Shown here one piece after another: positions 49,863 to 58,610 of a stretch of DNA of 64,000 bases. Every line of letters begins with the position of its first letter. Positions within the stretch are counted from its first letter, which is position 1. A program made the translations under genes and the position numbers. The notes beneath the pieces are model-generated. The model had not been told where the DNA came from and made no database searches. It saw nothing but the letters and a program-made list of their open reading frames with translations. The stretch is from an uncultured bacterium (lineage in GTDB: Bacteria > Oederibacteriota > PGYV01 > CAWJRG01): the NCBI GenBank assembly GCA_963845185.1, contig CAWJRG010000010.1:96001-160000 (forward strand), read 5' to 3'.

Positions 49863-51761
49863 ATGGCTAACAATGATTCTCGGGTAAAGATTGTCCCGAC
49901 GCTCGGTTTGATGGGAGCTGCCATGAACGCCATGGCATTGATTGCTCCCGGGGCTTTTTTATGGATAACATACCAGCTCCAGTCAGCAGCCACGGACCCA
50001 AGCGGCGCGTCAGCTGCTCTGGATATGTGGCCGGGCATACTTGTCGCCCTGGTCCTTGCTTTTTTGACAGCCTTTTCATACGCTGCGCTGGCAAGGATAT
50101 ATCCCGAGGCCGGTTTTGCGAGCTGCGTGTACTTTGCGGAGAAAGCTTTCCTTGACTCAAGAAAAGAAAAACGCGCAGGCCCAACTTCCCTTGCCAGGAT
50201 TTCAAAACTGGTGACCGGCTGGGCCGCGCACCTGTTCTACTGGGTCTATCCCGGCGTCATGGTGGCAATGATGGCGACCATGATAGGTTACATTTACACT
50301 TCCTTTACCGGGCATACGTTTTCCAACACGACCCTTACAGTAATAGGCGTAATATTTGCCTTTGTGGTCGGATATATCGCATATAAAGGCGTAACCGGAT
50401 CCACATTGACGAATATCTGGATCAATATAATACAGTGGGTCGCGCTTGTGGTTTTCAGCGTGCTTGCAATATGGTACAGGATAGCAAACCCGGAACATGC
50501 GACAAACTGGGCTTTTTCCGGAGGCTTCGATATAGTCCGGCTTCACAGCATAAAAGCAGTTCTTGTCCAGGCCACAATAGCCATATTAATACTTGTGGGT
50601 TTTGAAAGCGCGACTGCCATGTCTGCTGAAACAAAACAACCTGAAAAAAACATACCAAAGGCCATTATTATTGCCCTTTTTGTCCAGGGCCTGCTGGCTT
50701 ATCTTTTCGAATACTTTGCCGCAAACCTGGTTGTCAGCGAAAAACTTACAGGCACGGTCACGACCGCCGCGACTGCTACGGTTGCGGCAGTGACAAAGAC
50801 AGTCACAGGCATGGACGCGATGGTGGCTTCGGCTGCGCCAATAGGCGACATGAGCAAGCTGATAGGCGACCACCTTCTTGGCGGCATTGGCACAGGGTTA
50901 ATGATAACCATGGCAATCACGGTCGCAATTGCCATAATTGGAACTACCTTAAGCTGCATGAATACTGCTGTGCGCGTCACGAATGGTATGGCAACCGACA
51001 GGGAACTTCCGGATTTCTTAAGTTTTCTGCATCCTGACAACAAGACACCGCATACGACCATCTGGCTTCTTGTTGTCGTATCCTGCGTGATCGCCGCAAT
51101 AGGAGTGCAGTCTGTTGTGGGCCTGACCGGCATTACCCTTGCCTCGAACTTCGGCACCTTTGTCCTGTATGGTCTTGTGTGCGTGTGGACAATAATCGCT
51201 TTCAAGGACAGAAAAGATTTCAATATCTTCAGGCACGGAATTGTCCCCGGCCTTGGCCTAGTTTTAAACGTCCTGATGTTGGCAGGTATTATTTACCTGA
51301 ACCTGACCGGCACTGCGGATAATAAAACAGAAGCGAGAATATGTTTTTACATTGCCGGTGGTTTCGCGCTTGTAAGTTTCCTGTATGTGATGGTAACAAC
51401 CGTGAAAAAGAACTACTCCATGAAGATGATATCGGCAATGATACGGCCTGAAAAGTTTGGGATACTCTTAGCCGTGTTAAAGGATGAAGCCCTTGTTCAG
51501 GGTATGACAGTCACTAAGGTAAAGGGTTTTGGCCGCACATACGGCAAAATAGACCCTGTTAAGGATACCAGCACCAAGATAAGGCTGCTCCCCAAGACCC
51601 GCGTCGATATCGTTGTTAATGACTGGGATGTCCCCCACATCCTTGACATAATGAAAGAAGTGTTAAAGACCGGTAAAGCGGGTGACGGAAAAATATTCGT
51701 GCTTGACGCCATGGAAGCCTTGAGAGTGTCCACAGGTGAAACCGGCGTCAATGCCGTATAA
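49863..51761 (+). CDS. APC-family amino acid permease fused to a C-terminal PII domain
   Basis: About 12 TMs with IAPGAF, VGFESA..ETKQP, TPH; from 51420 MKMISAMIRPEK..KGFGR..TGKAGDGKIFV..RVSTGE. Confidence 0.88.
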   Translation: MANNDSRVKIVPTLGLMGAAMNAMALIAPGAFLWITYQLQSAATDPSGASAALDMWPGILVALVLAFLTAFSYAALARIYPEAGFASCVYFAEKAFLDSRKEKRAGPTSLARISKLVTGWAAHLFYWVYPGVMVAMMATMIGYIYTSFTGHTFSNTTLTVIGVIFAFVVGYIAYKGVTGSTLTNIWINIIQWVALVVFSVLAIWYRIANPEHATNWAFSGGFDIVRLHSIKAVLVQATIAILILVGFESATAMSAETKQPEKNIPKAIIIALFVQGLLAYLFEYFAANLVVSEKLTGTVTTAATATVAAVTKTVTGMDAMVASAAPIGDMSKLIGDHLLGGIGTGLMITMAITVAIAIIGTTLSCMNTAVRVTNGMATDRELPDFLSFLHPDNKTPHTTIWLLVVVSCVIAAIGVQSVVGLTGITLASNFGTFVLYGLVCVWTIIAFKDRKDFNIFRHGIVPGLGLVLNVLMLAGIIYLNLTGTADNKTEARICFYIAGGFALVSFLYVMVTTVKKNYSMKMISAMIRPEKFGILLAVLKDEALVQGMTVTKVKGFGRTYGKIDPVKDTSTKIRLLPKTRVDIVVNDWDVPHILDIMKEVLKTGKAGDGKIFVLDAMEALRVSTGETGVNAV

Positions 51762-51776
51762 AAAAGGAGGAATACC

Positions 51777-52118
51777 ATGAAAAGAATAGAAGCGATAGTG
51801 AGGCCTGAAAAAACCGACGATGTAATAAACGCCCTGGATGATATCGGACATCCGGGCATGATGATAAGCGAAATCGAAGGTTACGGGAAACAGCATGGCA
51901 GAGAAGACAAAGTACTGGGCAAGAAATACCATGTGGACCTTATCACCAAAACCCGCATAGAGATAATAGTAAAAGACAGCGAAGTAAAAAAGATTGCAAA
52001 TGCCATACGGGATGCGTCGTTTACAGGCGGTATCGGCGACGGGAAAATCTTTATTTACCCCGTTGATGACGTCTTACGGGTAAGGACAGGAGAAAAAGGA
52101 GAAGCTGCTATTTACTAA
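51777..52118 (+). CDS. glnB: PII nitrogen regulatory protein (GlnB/GlnK family)
   Basis: AIVRPEK, GYGKQ, Tyr51, TGGIGDGKIF, RVRTGE. Confidence 0.85.
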   Translation: MKRIEAIVRPEKTDDVINALDDIGHPGMMISEIEGYGKQHGREDKVLGKKYHVDLITKTRIEIIVKDSEVKKIANAIRDASFTGGIGDGKIFIYPVDDVLRVRTGEKGEAAIY

Positions 52119-52151
52119 TAAATCTCTTTAATACAATTTACTTCAAAAAAT

Positions 52152-52236
52152 GAAAAGGTATCCTGCCCTTTTCGTTTTATCCGTCTCCAGCAGGTTTTTG
52201 ACCACGGGATGCGTCGGAAGCCGCATCCCGTTTTTT
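52152..52236 (+). ncRNA. Candidate 3'-UTR sRNA ending in an intrinsic terminator, copy 1
   Basis: Homolog of 54343-54430; core complementary to the amtB RBS; CGGGATGCG/CGCATCCCG followed by T6. Confidence 0.6.
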
Positions 52237-52278
52237 ACTTCTTTAATCGCTGTCTGGAGATTTATTCAGGCTTAAAAT

Positions 52279-52325
52279 TGATTATTTTTTAATCATTAAT
52301 AGTTTATTTGGCTATTTTTTGACCA
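52279..52325. promoter_or_regulatory. Putative enhancer dyads upstream of amtB
   Basis: TGATTA-TTTTT-TAATCA (52279) and TGGCTA-TTTTT-TGACCA (52309), 30 bp apart. Confidence 0.6.
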
Positions 52326-52397
52326 TATTTATGGGATCAAACTATTGCCAAATACGATTTCCCCTTTAAAACATTGTATTTTTAAAGCATATGCCGT

Positions 52398-52414
52398 TTG
52401 GCATGTCTATTGCT
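52398..52414 (+). promoter_or_regulatory. Sigma54 -24/-12 promoter of amtB-glnK
   Basis: TTGGCATGTCTATTGCT (GG-N10-GC). Confidence 0.82.
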
Positions 52415-52549
52415 CTGTAAGATTATGTATTTTATAAATTATAAAAATGAAAGGAGGCTTTTATACAGGCAAAGGAAAACTGCTTAAAATTGATTTTGAT
52501 ACTGTGCTTCCAAAAGCAAAATAAAACTATAGAAAGGAGACGGATTAAG

Positions 52550-53881
52550 ATGAAAAAATTATTATTATTGTTGGTTGTTTTTTCCGCAATGGCAGGCGTC
52601 CTGCTTGCCGACAATACCCCTGTTGCAGCTGCTGCTTCGCCTGTCCTGAAGGTTGATTCCGGCGACACAGCATGGGTGCTCATTTCTTCCGCGCTGGTGC
52701 TTCTCATGACAGCGCCGGGCCTTGCGCTCTTCTACGGCGGCCTCGTCCGCCGCAAAAACATGCTCAGCGTACTTATGCAGTGCATGATAATGCTCGGGCT
52801 CGTAAGCGTGCAGTGGGTAATCTACGGTTACTCGCTTGCTTTCCACCCGGGCAGTGGTTTCTGGGGCGGTTTTGGCTGGTCTTTTTTAAAGGGGGTGGGT
52901 TTTACGCCTAACGCCGATTATGCCCCTACAATTCCCCACCAGGCTTTCATGATATTCCAGGCAATGTTCGCTGTTATCACCCCCGCGCTTATTATAGGCG
53001 CTTTCGCGGAAAGGATGAAGTTTTCCGCGTTTTTGCTTTTCAGCCTTGTATGGGCCACTTTTGTTTATGACCCTGTCGCTCACTGGGTATGGGGAACCGG
53101 CGGCTGGCTGAAAAACCTCGGCACGCTTGATTTTGCCGGCGGCACTGTGGTGCATATAAATGCCGGCATAGCCGCACTTGCTTCCGCGCTTGTGATAGGC
53201 AGGAGAAAATATTATGACAATAAACCCACTCCACCGCATAACATGGCGTTTTCGGTAACCGGCGCCGCGCTTTTGTGGTTCGGTTGGTTCGGCTTTAACG
53301 CAGGCAGCGCCCTGCAGGCAAACGGGCTCGCGACCAGCGCCTTTGTCGTGACAAACACTGCCACGGCAATGGCTGCGCTGACATGGGCGTTTCTCGATAA
53401 AATTTTCAACGGCAAATCCACTGTGCTCGGCACAATATCCGGCGCTGTCGCAGGGCTTGTCGCAATAACCCCCGCGTCCGGTTTCGTCGATGTCCTGGGC
53501 GCGCTTGCAATAGGAATACTTGTAAGTATATTCTGCTTTTCTGCGGTAAGCTTCCTCAAGCCGAAATTAGGCTATGATGATGCGCTTGACGCTTTCGGTG
53601 TGCACTGTGTAGGCGGCGTGGTTGGCGCTCTGGCAACCGGCTTATTCGCGACTATAGTGATCAATCCGGCAGGCGCAAACGGCCTCTTCTACGGCAACCC
53701 GAAACAATTTTTAATACAGCTTGCTGCCGTGGGCGTAACGCTCGTGTATTCTTTTGTCGGGACAATCGTTATATTAAAACTTATAGATGTGACGATTGGC
53801 ATCAGGGCCGGCGAAAAAGAAGAAGTCATAGGACTTGATTTGACCCAGCACCATGAAAATGCCTATACTCTGATAGAATAA
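52550..53881 (+). CDS. amtB: Ammonium transporter
   Basis: GDTAW, PGLALFYGG, DFAGGTVVH, WFGWFGFN, DDALDAFGVH. ATG at 52550 follows AGGAG. Confidence 0.97.
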   Translation: MKKLLLLLVVFSAMAGVLLADNTPVAAAASPVLKVDSGDTAWVLISSALVLLMTAPGLALFYGGLVRRKNMLSVLMQCMIMLGLVSVQWVIYGYSLAFHPGSGFWGGFGWSFLKGVGFTPNADYAPTIPHQAFMIFQAMFAVITPALIIGAFAERMKFSAFLLFSLVWATFVYDPVAHWVWGTGGWLKNLGTLDFAGGTVVHINAGIAALASALVIGRRKYYDNKPTPPHNMAFSVTGAALLWFGWFGFNAGSALQANGLATSAFVVTNTATAMAALTWAFLDKIFNGKSTVLGTISGAVAGLVAITPASGFVDVLGALAIGILVSIFCFSAVSFLKPKLGYDDALDAFGVHCVGGVVGALATGLFATIVINPAGANGLFYGNPKQFLIQLAAVGVTLVYSFVGTIVILKLIDVTIGIRAGEKEEVIGLDLTQHHENAYTLIE

Positions 53882-53898
53882 AGAAAGGAGCTGACAAC

Positions 53899-54240
53899 AT
53901 GAAACTAATAATCGCGATAATCCAGCCGAGCAGGCTGGAAGAAGTTAAACAGGAACTCTACAAGGCGGAAGTAAACCTGCTGTCTGTAAATGAAGTCCTT
54001 GGCCACGGCAGGCAAAAAGGCATAACCGAGGTTTACAGGGGCATAAAAGAATCAGGCAACCTGCTGCATAAAATACGGCTCGAGATAGCCGTGAACGACA
54101 ATTTTGTCGAGCCGACCGTGAAAGCGATAATGAAAGGCGCGCAGACAGGAGAAACAGGCGACGGCAAGATTTTCGTTCTGCCGCTTGAAGATTGCATAAG
54201 GATAAGGACAGGAGAAAAAGGAAAAGTAGCTATAGGCTAA
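53899..54240 (+). CDS. glnK: PII protein GlnK
   Basis: GHGRQKG..YRG, TGETGDGKIFV, RIRTGE; adjacent to amtB. Confidence 0.9.
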   Translation: MKLIIAIIQPSRLEEVKQELYKAEVNLLSVNEVLGHGRQKGITEVYRGIKESGNLLHKIRLEIAVNDNFVEPTVKAIMKGAQTGETGDGKIFVLPLEDCIRIRTGEKGKVAIG

Positions 54241-54339
54241 TTCTGCTGTTTTCCAGACGAACCCATCAGGGTGAGTCCTGGAATTACAGCGAATTGTACC
54301 CTATCAAGTCCGAGACCTTAAGTCGAGGACAAGTGGTAT
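54241..54339. repeat. Composite hairpin repeat, copy 4
   Basis: GCTGT..GAC-GA-ACCC..GGGT-GA-GTC..ACAGC hairpin plus TACC..GTCC-GA-GAC-CTTAA-GTC-GA-GGAC..GGTA. Confidence 0.7.
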
Positions 54340-54342
54340 TAC

Positions 54343-54430
54343 CGGAAAGGCTTCCTGCCCTTTTCGTTTTATACGTCTCCGCAGGAATTGACCACAGGAT
54401 GCGGCGCAAGCCGCATCCTGCTTTTTATTT
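54343..54430 (+). ncRNA. Candidate 3'-UTR sRNA ending in an intrinsic terminator, copy 2
   Basis: Homolog of 52152-52236 with a compensatory stem change; CAGGATGCGG/CCGCATCCTG followed by a T tract. Confidence 0.6.
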
Positions 54431-54508
54431 TTCGAATATGCCGACTTTGCCAAAGCCGTCAGTGACATAGACCATACAGCCCTGAAAACGGTTATGAACT
54501 GCGCGGCC

Positions 54509-56842
54509 TTATTTGACTTCCTTCTCTATCCGGTTATATAGATTCATCAGCTTTGGCTCATTGCCGAAAGCAGCCATGCCGGTCTTAAGCACGGCCATGG
54601 CCTTGTCCTTCTGTTTCAGCTTATAGTAGGTATCCGCGATATACGCGTCTATCTCAGCGCTGTCGCCCGCTTCTTTTGTTTTTTGAAAATATTCCAGTGC
54701 TTCCTCAAAGTCTTCTTTTTTATAATCATACATTCCTATTTTCTTATAAATATCTGCCGTCCTGTAACGGCATTCAAGCAGGAAATCAAACAAATCCATT
54801 GCCCTTATGTATTTGCCGGTATCCAACAATGCGCCTGCCTGTTTGAACATTTCCCAGTATTGCGCCTGTGCATCCGCGTTTCCGATATTATCTGTATATT
54901 GCTGCAGGCTGGCTTTATTCGGGCTGCCGAATTTTATCGCATTTTCAAGCATTTTTTTTGCTATGATCCGCAGATTGTTGTGAAGGTATATCATCCCCAA
55001 GTTTTCGTATGCCACCCAGAGATTTCCCTCTTCCTTTATGATTTTTATCAGGTATTTCATTTGATTGTCTTCGTCGTTGAGCGCTTTGTAAGCAAGAGAC
55101 AAATCGTAATATATATCCGCCCTGTAGCGGTTCTCCGGGAAAAGCAAAGAATACTCAAGGCACCTTATTCCCTGCATATATTTTTTCTGGTTAAGGCACA
55201 CAATTGCCTGCTTTGCAAGTTTCTTGCTGTAGTTTGAAATTATGACCCTGTCGTAGGGGTTGTTCACCTCGAATATGCCGCGGTATGAGTATTCCCTGAA
55301 AATATAATCGGGCATTGCCCCGTTTTCCGGCATGATTTTATATAGCAAGCCCTTTCCCATAAAATTGCATTTCACAGGATAGCTCGCCAAATACATGGAG
55401 TCGTCGTGCGCAAAATAAAGATTTTTGTTGCCGCAGTATTTGTTGATTATATTGCTTATGTTCATTGGCATATTGTCCGGATCCAGACTGATCTGGCCGT
55501 ATTTATCAATAAAATCTTTAATGCCCCATTTGTTTTTGAGGTTATGCAGCATAAAAACATCAATATTATTCGCCTTGTGTTCTATCATCCGCTCGTAGCT
55601 GATGGGCATAACAAAATCACCCTCGGCTATATAAAAGCTGTGCGGCTCCAGGGTCATAAGCGCGTTGTTCCCGAAATCATAAGTAATATAATTATATCTG
55701 TTGTAGTTTGCCCTGAAATGCCCGGCCCCCGAATACAATATTGCCACTGCAAGAACAATTGCAAAAAAATATCCGTATATTCTCTTATCAAGGATATTCA
55801 TGGTATGGAATATTCCCGCCAGGATAAAAATAAAAAGGATATATTGCGATGGGATCAGGAAATTTTTCATTACCCAGATACTGTCTGAATTGGTTTTGTT
55901 GAAAAAAACAACCATAAACACCGTGATAAAAAAAGCACTTAAGTAAAAAACCGGGATTTTCCTGTTTTTCCTGAATAAAATATAACCGCCGATAAATGCC
56001 AGGACCCATAAAAACGAGAAATCATCTAAAAAAAGCCTTAAAAATTCTTTTGCCTGGTCCGCAAAGAGCTGCAATGAAAGCGTCTCATCGTTGTTGTATA
56101 TGTTTCTTAATATGGTCCACCAAAAACTTTCCCACGTGTTTGCCTTTGCCATGAAAATAAAAACCCCGTCCTGACTGGACCTTATGGGCAGGTAAATATA
56201 TGGGCTTACCCCTATCGCAAACAACAATAACAACCAGGCCGTATTTTTGCGGTTGATTTTTCCCCTGTATCTGTAGAAAAAATATCCGAATACCGGCAGT
56301 AATATTATCATGCTCGGCCAGTGGTTGGCAAGCGAAAGTCCGTAAATAAAGGCCATCATGTAAAGGTGCTTAATGCTGAATTTCTCGAAAAGCCGCGTGC
56401 CCATAAATATCATTATCGCGAAAAACAAGAGATTAAGTATGTATATGCCGCCTTTTGCGTCTATTGCCTGGTTCCAGAAAACATATGAAAAGGCAAGGAT
56501 AAAAACCCCTGAATAACCTGCTGTTTTATTCCCAAATCCGAAAAAATTATTTGCAATTTGCCCGGCAATAAAATAAGAGAGCAATAAAACCAGCATGGCC
56601 AGGAACACGGAAAACGAGCTGACCCTGAATGCAGGCGAGCCCACAGGCAGTAAAGAAAATACCTTGCCAGCGAGCGAAAAAAGCGGATAGCCGGGCGGGT
56701 GATTTATTCCAAGGGTATAAGCGGACGTTGAAATTTCCGGCGAATCGTCGCTTTTAAACGCAGGAGACATTGTATAAAGATAAACCTGGGATATGGCAAG
56801 CAGGCATATTAACAATATTGTATAGTTTACATATTTTTTCAT
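54509..56842 (-). CDS. DUF2723 (TMEM260-like) membrane glycosyltransferase with C-terminal TPRs (paralog of 12163..14466)
   Basis: DDSPEI..TLGINHPPGYPLF, LANH, YLPIRS, EGD, TPR helices. Confidence 0.82.
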   Translation of the reverse strand: MKKYVNYTILLICLLAISQVYLYTMSPAFKSDDSPEISTSAYTLGINHPPGYPLFSLAGKVFSLLPVGSPAFRVSSFSVFLAMLVLLLSYFIAGQIANNFFGFGNKTAGYSGVFILAFSYVFWNQAIDAKGGIYILNLLFFAIMIFMGTRLFEKFSIKHLYMMAFIYGLSLANHWPSMIILLPVFGYFFYRYRGKINRKNTAWLLLLFAIGVSPYIYLPIRSSQDGVFIFMAKANTWESFWWTILRNIYNNDETLSLQLFADQAKEFLRLFLDDFSFLWVLAFIGGYILFRKNRKIPVFYLSAFFITVFMVVFFNKTNSDSIWVMKNFLIPSQYILFIFILAGIFHTMNILDKRIYGYFFAIVLAVAILYSGAGHFRANYNRYNYITYDFGNNALMTLEPHSFYIAEGDFVMPISYERMIEHKANNIDVFMLHNLKNKWGIKDFIDKYGQISLDPDNMPMNISNIINKYCGNKNLYFAHDDSMYLASYPVKCNFMGKGLLYKIMPENGAMPDYIFREYSYRGIFEVNNPYDRVIISNYSKKLAKQAIVCLNQKKYMQGIRCLEYSLLFPENRYRADIYYDLSLAYKALNDEDNQMKYLIKIIKEEGNLWVAYENLGMIYLHNNLRIIAKKMLENAIKFGSPNKASLQQYTDNIGNADAQAQYWEMFKQAGALLDTGKYIRAMDLFDFLLECRYRTADIYKKIGMYDYKKEDFEEALEYFQKTKEAGDSAEIDAYIADTYYKLKQKDKAMAVLKTGMAAFGNEPKLMNLYNRIEKEVK

Positions 56843-56990
56843 TTTTCAACCTCTTGCTGCAATTTTAACACGAAGGCGGGTTTTTTTTCATTAAAATTTT
56901 AGCCGGATAAGAAATTAGGTTGGCAGCATTCAGGAAGCATCACAAATCCACGTGCAAATGCGTGGAACTCCGCCCTCCGGGTTTGGATTT

Positions 56991-58502
56991 TTATCTTACA
57001 GATTTTTTTGTGATAACCCTTATTATCCTTGATATTATTTTGATTAATCCTTCTACGTTCCATTTCCAGTCAAAAGGCCTGAGCTTGCGCAGCAAATACA
57101 TTGGCCTAAGCAGCAATTTCATATAAGCCTGTCTTCTCAATTCCTTTAACTGCTCAGCGGTGAGCGCCTCTGTCCGCGAGACCGGCTCCTCGGACAGCGG
57201 AAAATATTTTGACCAGTCCTTTGTAATAAGTAAATTGTTCTTTTCGTAATATTCATACATTTCCGTGTTTGGAAACGGCGTCGAAAAACAAATCTGGGTA
57301 TAAAAAGGGTCTATTTTTTTTATAAATTTTACTGACTCTTCTATTGTTTCTTTTGTCTCGCCCGGCAGGCCTATTATCACCAGTCCGTAAAACATCACGC
57401 CCAACTCATGGCACCACTTCGCTACTTTCCTGATGTCGTCCAGGCTGACTCCCTTTTTTATGCTTTTTAATATTTCCTCCGACCCTGTTTCTATGCCTAT
57501 GGCTATTTCCTTCATGCCTGCTTTTTTCATAAGCTTCATCGTATCGTAATTCACAAGGTTTGCCCTTGTGCAGCACACCCACTCAAGGCTGTCGAGTTTT
57601 TCGTCTATCATTGCCTGTGCTATTTTTTCAGTCCTGCCTGACAAAAGCGAGATTGTGTCGTCAAAAAACAGGAATGACTTTATCCTGAATCTTTCCTTTA
57701 AATATTTTATTTCATTTATTACATTTTCCACGCTCCTCACCCTGTATTTGCTCTTGCCGAAAGCGCAAAATGTACACATAAACGGGCATCCCCGAGATGT
57801 CTGCACGAGCGCAAACGGCGGCGACAGCACGCCTGTGTGGTATACGTTGAGGTTCGGCAGCAAATGGTACGCGGGAAAAGGTATTTCATCAAGGTTGGTT
57901 ATGGGCTGCGGGCAGTCAGTAGTTATTACTTGTTTATTTTTATAAAAGGAAATACCTGCAATACCACCGAGAAAATCAAGCTCATCAGCTCCTTTGCAGC
58001 CTTCCGGGTCAACTGCGCATTCTTTCCCTGCCAGACCCTTTTCTTTTTTGTACTCTAGTATCTTTTTCATTAATTCCGCTGTAACTGCTTCCGGCTCTAC
58101 GTTTAGAAACACGTCCACTTTTTCATTCTTAAGTATTTCATCCCTTATAAACGGCGTGTCCCCAATTATCTTGTTCCTCAATATGGTTATCGCGCCTGCG
58201 TCTTTCGCGTAATTTAATACCTTGATGTCTTCCTTATATGTATCAAAGCCAGCCCTTATAAAAACAACGTCAGGCCCAAATTCGTTTATTGCGTTTTCAA
58301 TTGCCAAAAACTTCATGTCAAATCCGTTCGCGTCTATCAGTTTTATCTCAAAATCAGGGTTTTTCTCAAGCATTGCCGCAGTATATAACAATGAAAGCGG
58401 CGGGTAGACAGAACCAATATCCTTGTGCTCAAACCTCTCTTCCCTGACCACCGGGTATCCGTCAACTCTGGGAGGGTTAACTAACAATATTCTCAGTTTC
58501 AT
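56991..58502 (-). CDS. B12-binding-domain radical SAM protein
   Basis: LLVNPP, PPLSL, SRGCPFMCTFC, DD, GIETG, IGLPGET. Confidence 0.9.
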   Translation of the reverse strand: MKLRILLVNPPRVDGYPVVREERFEHKDIGSVYPPLSLLYTAAMLEKNPDFEIKLIDANGFDMKFLAIENAINEFGPDVVFIRAGFDTYKEDIKVLNYAKDAGAITILRNKIIGDTPFIRDEILKNEKVDVFLNVEPEAVTAELMKKILEYKKEKGLAGKECAVDPEGCKGADELDFLGGIAGISFYKNKQVITTDCPQPITNLDEIPFPAYHLLPNLNVYHTGVLSPPFALVQTSRGCPFMCTFCAFGKSKYRVRSVENVINEIKYLKERFRIKSFLFFDDTISLLSGRTEKIAQAMIDEKLDSLEWVCCTRANLVNYDTMKLMKKAGMKEIAIGIETGSEEILKSIKKGVSLDDIRKVAKWCHELGVMFYGLVIIGLPGETKETIEESVKFIKKIDPFYTQICFSTPFPNTEMYEYYEKNNLLITKDWSKYFPLSEEPVSRTEALTAEQLKELRRQAYMKLLLRPMYLLRKLRPFDWKWNVEGLIKIISRIIRVITKKSVR

Positions 58503-58610
58503 TTTTTCCTTTCATGTTGTTGTTTCAATTCTTAGTCTGATTACATTATACATTAAAACAGCTTTATTTTTAAAGTGTTTCTTGCCAAATTCGTGCAATT
58601 CAATCTGCCT

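Noticed and set aside
52425..52549. Glutamine riboswitch or ANTAR dual hairpin in the amtB leader
   Set aside because: I could not build the required stems or hexaloops.
56915..56990. Riboswitch (c-di-GMP-I or fluoride) around the TCCACGTG/TGCGTGGA hairpin
   Set aside because: Key consensus nucleotides are missing, and the orientation and downstream gene do not fit.
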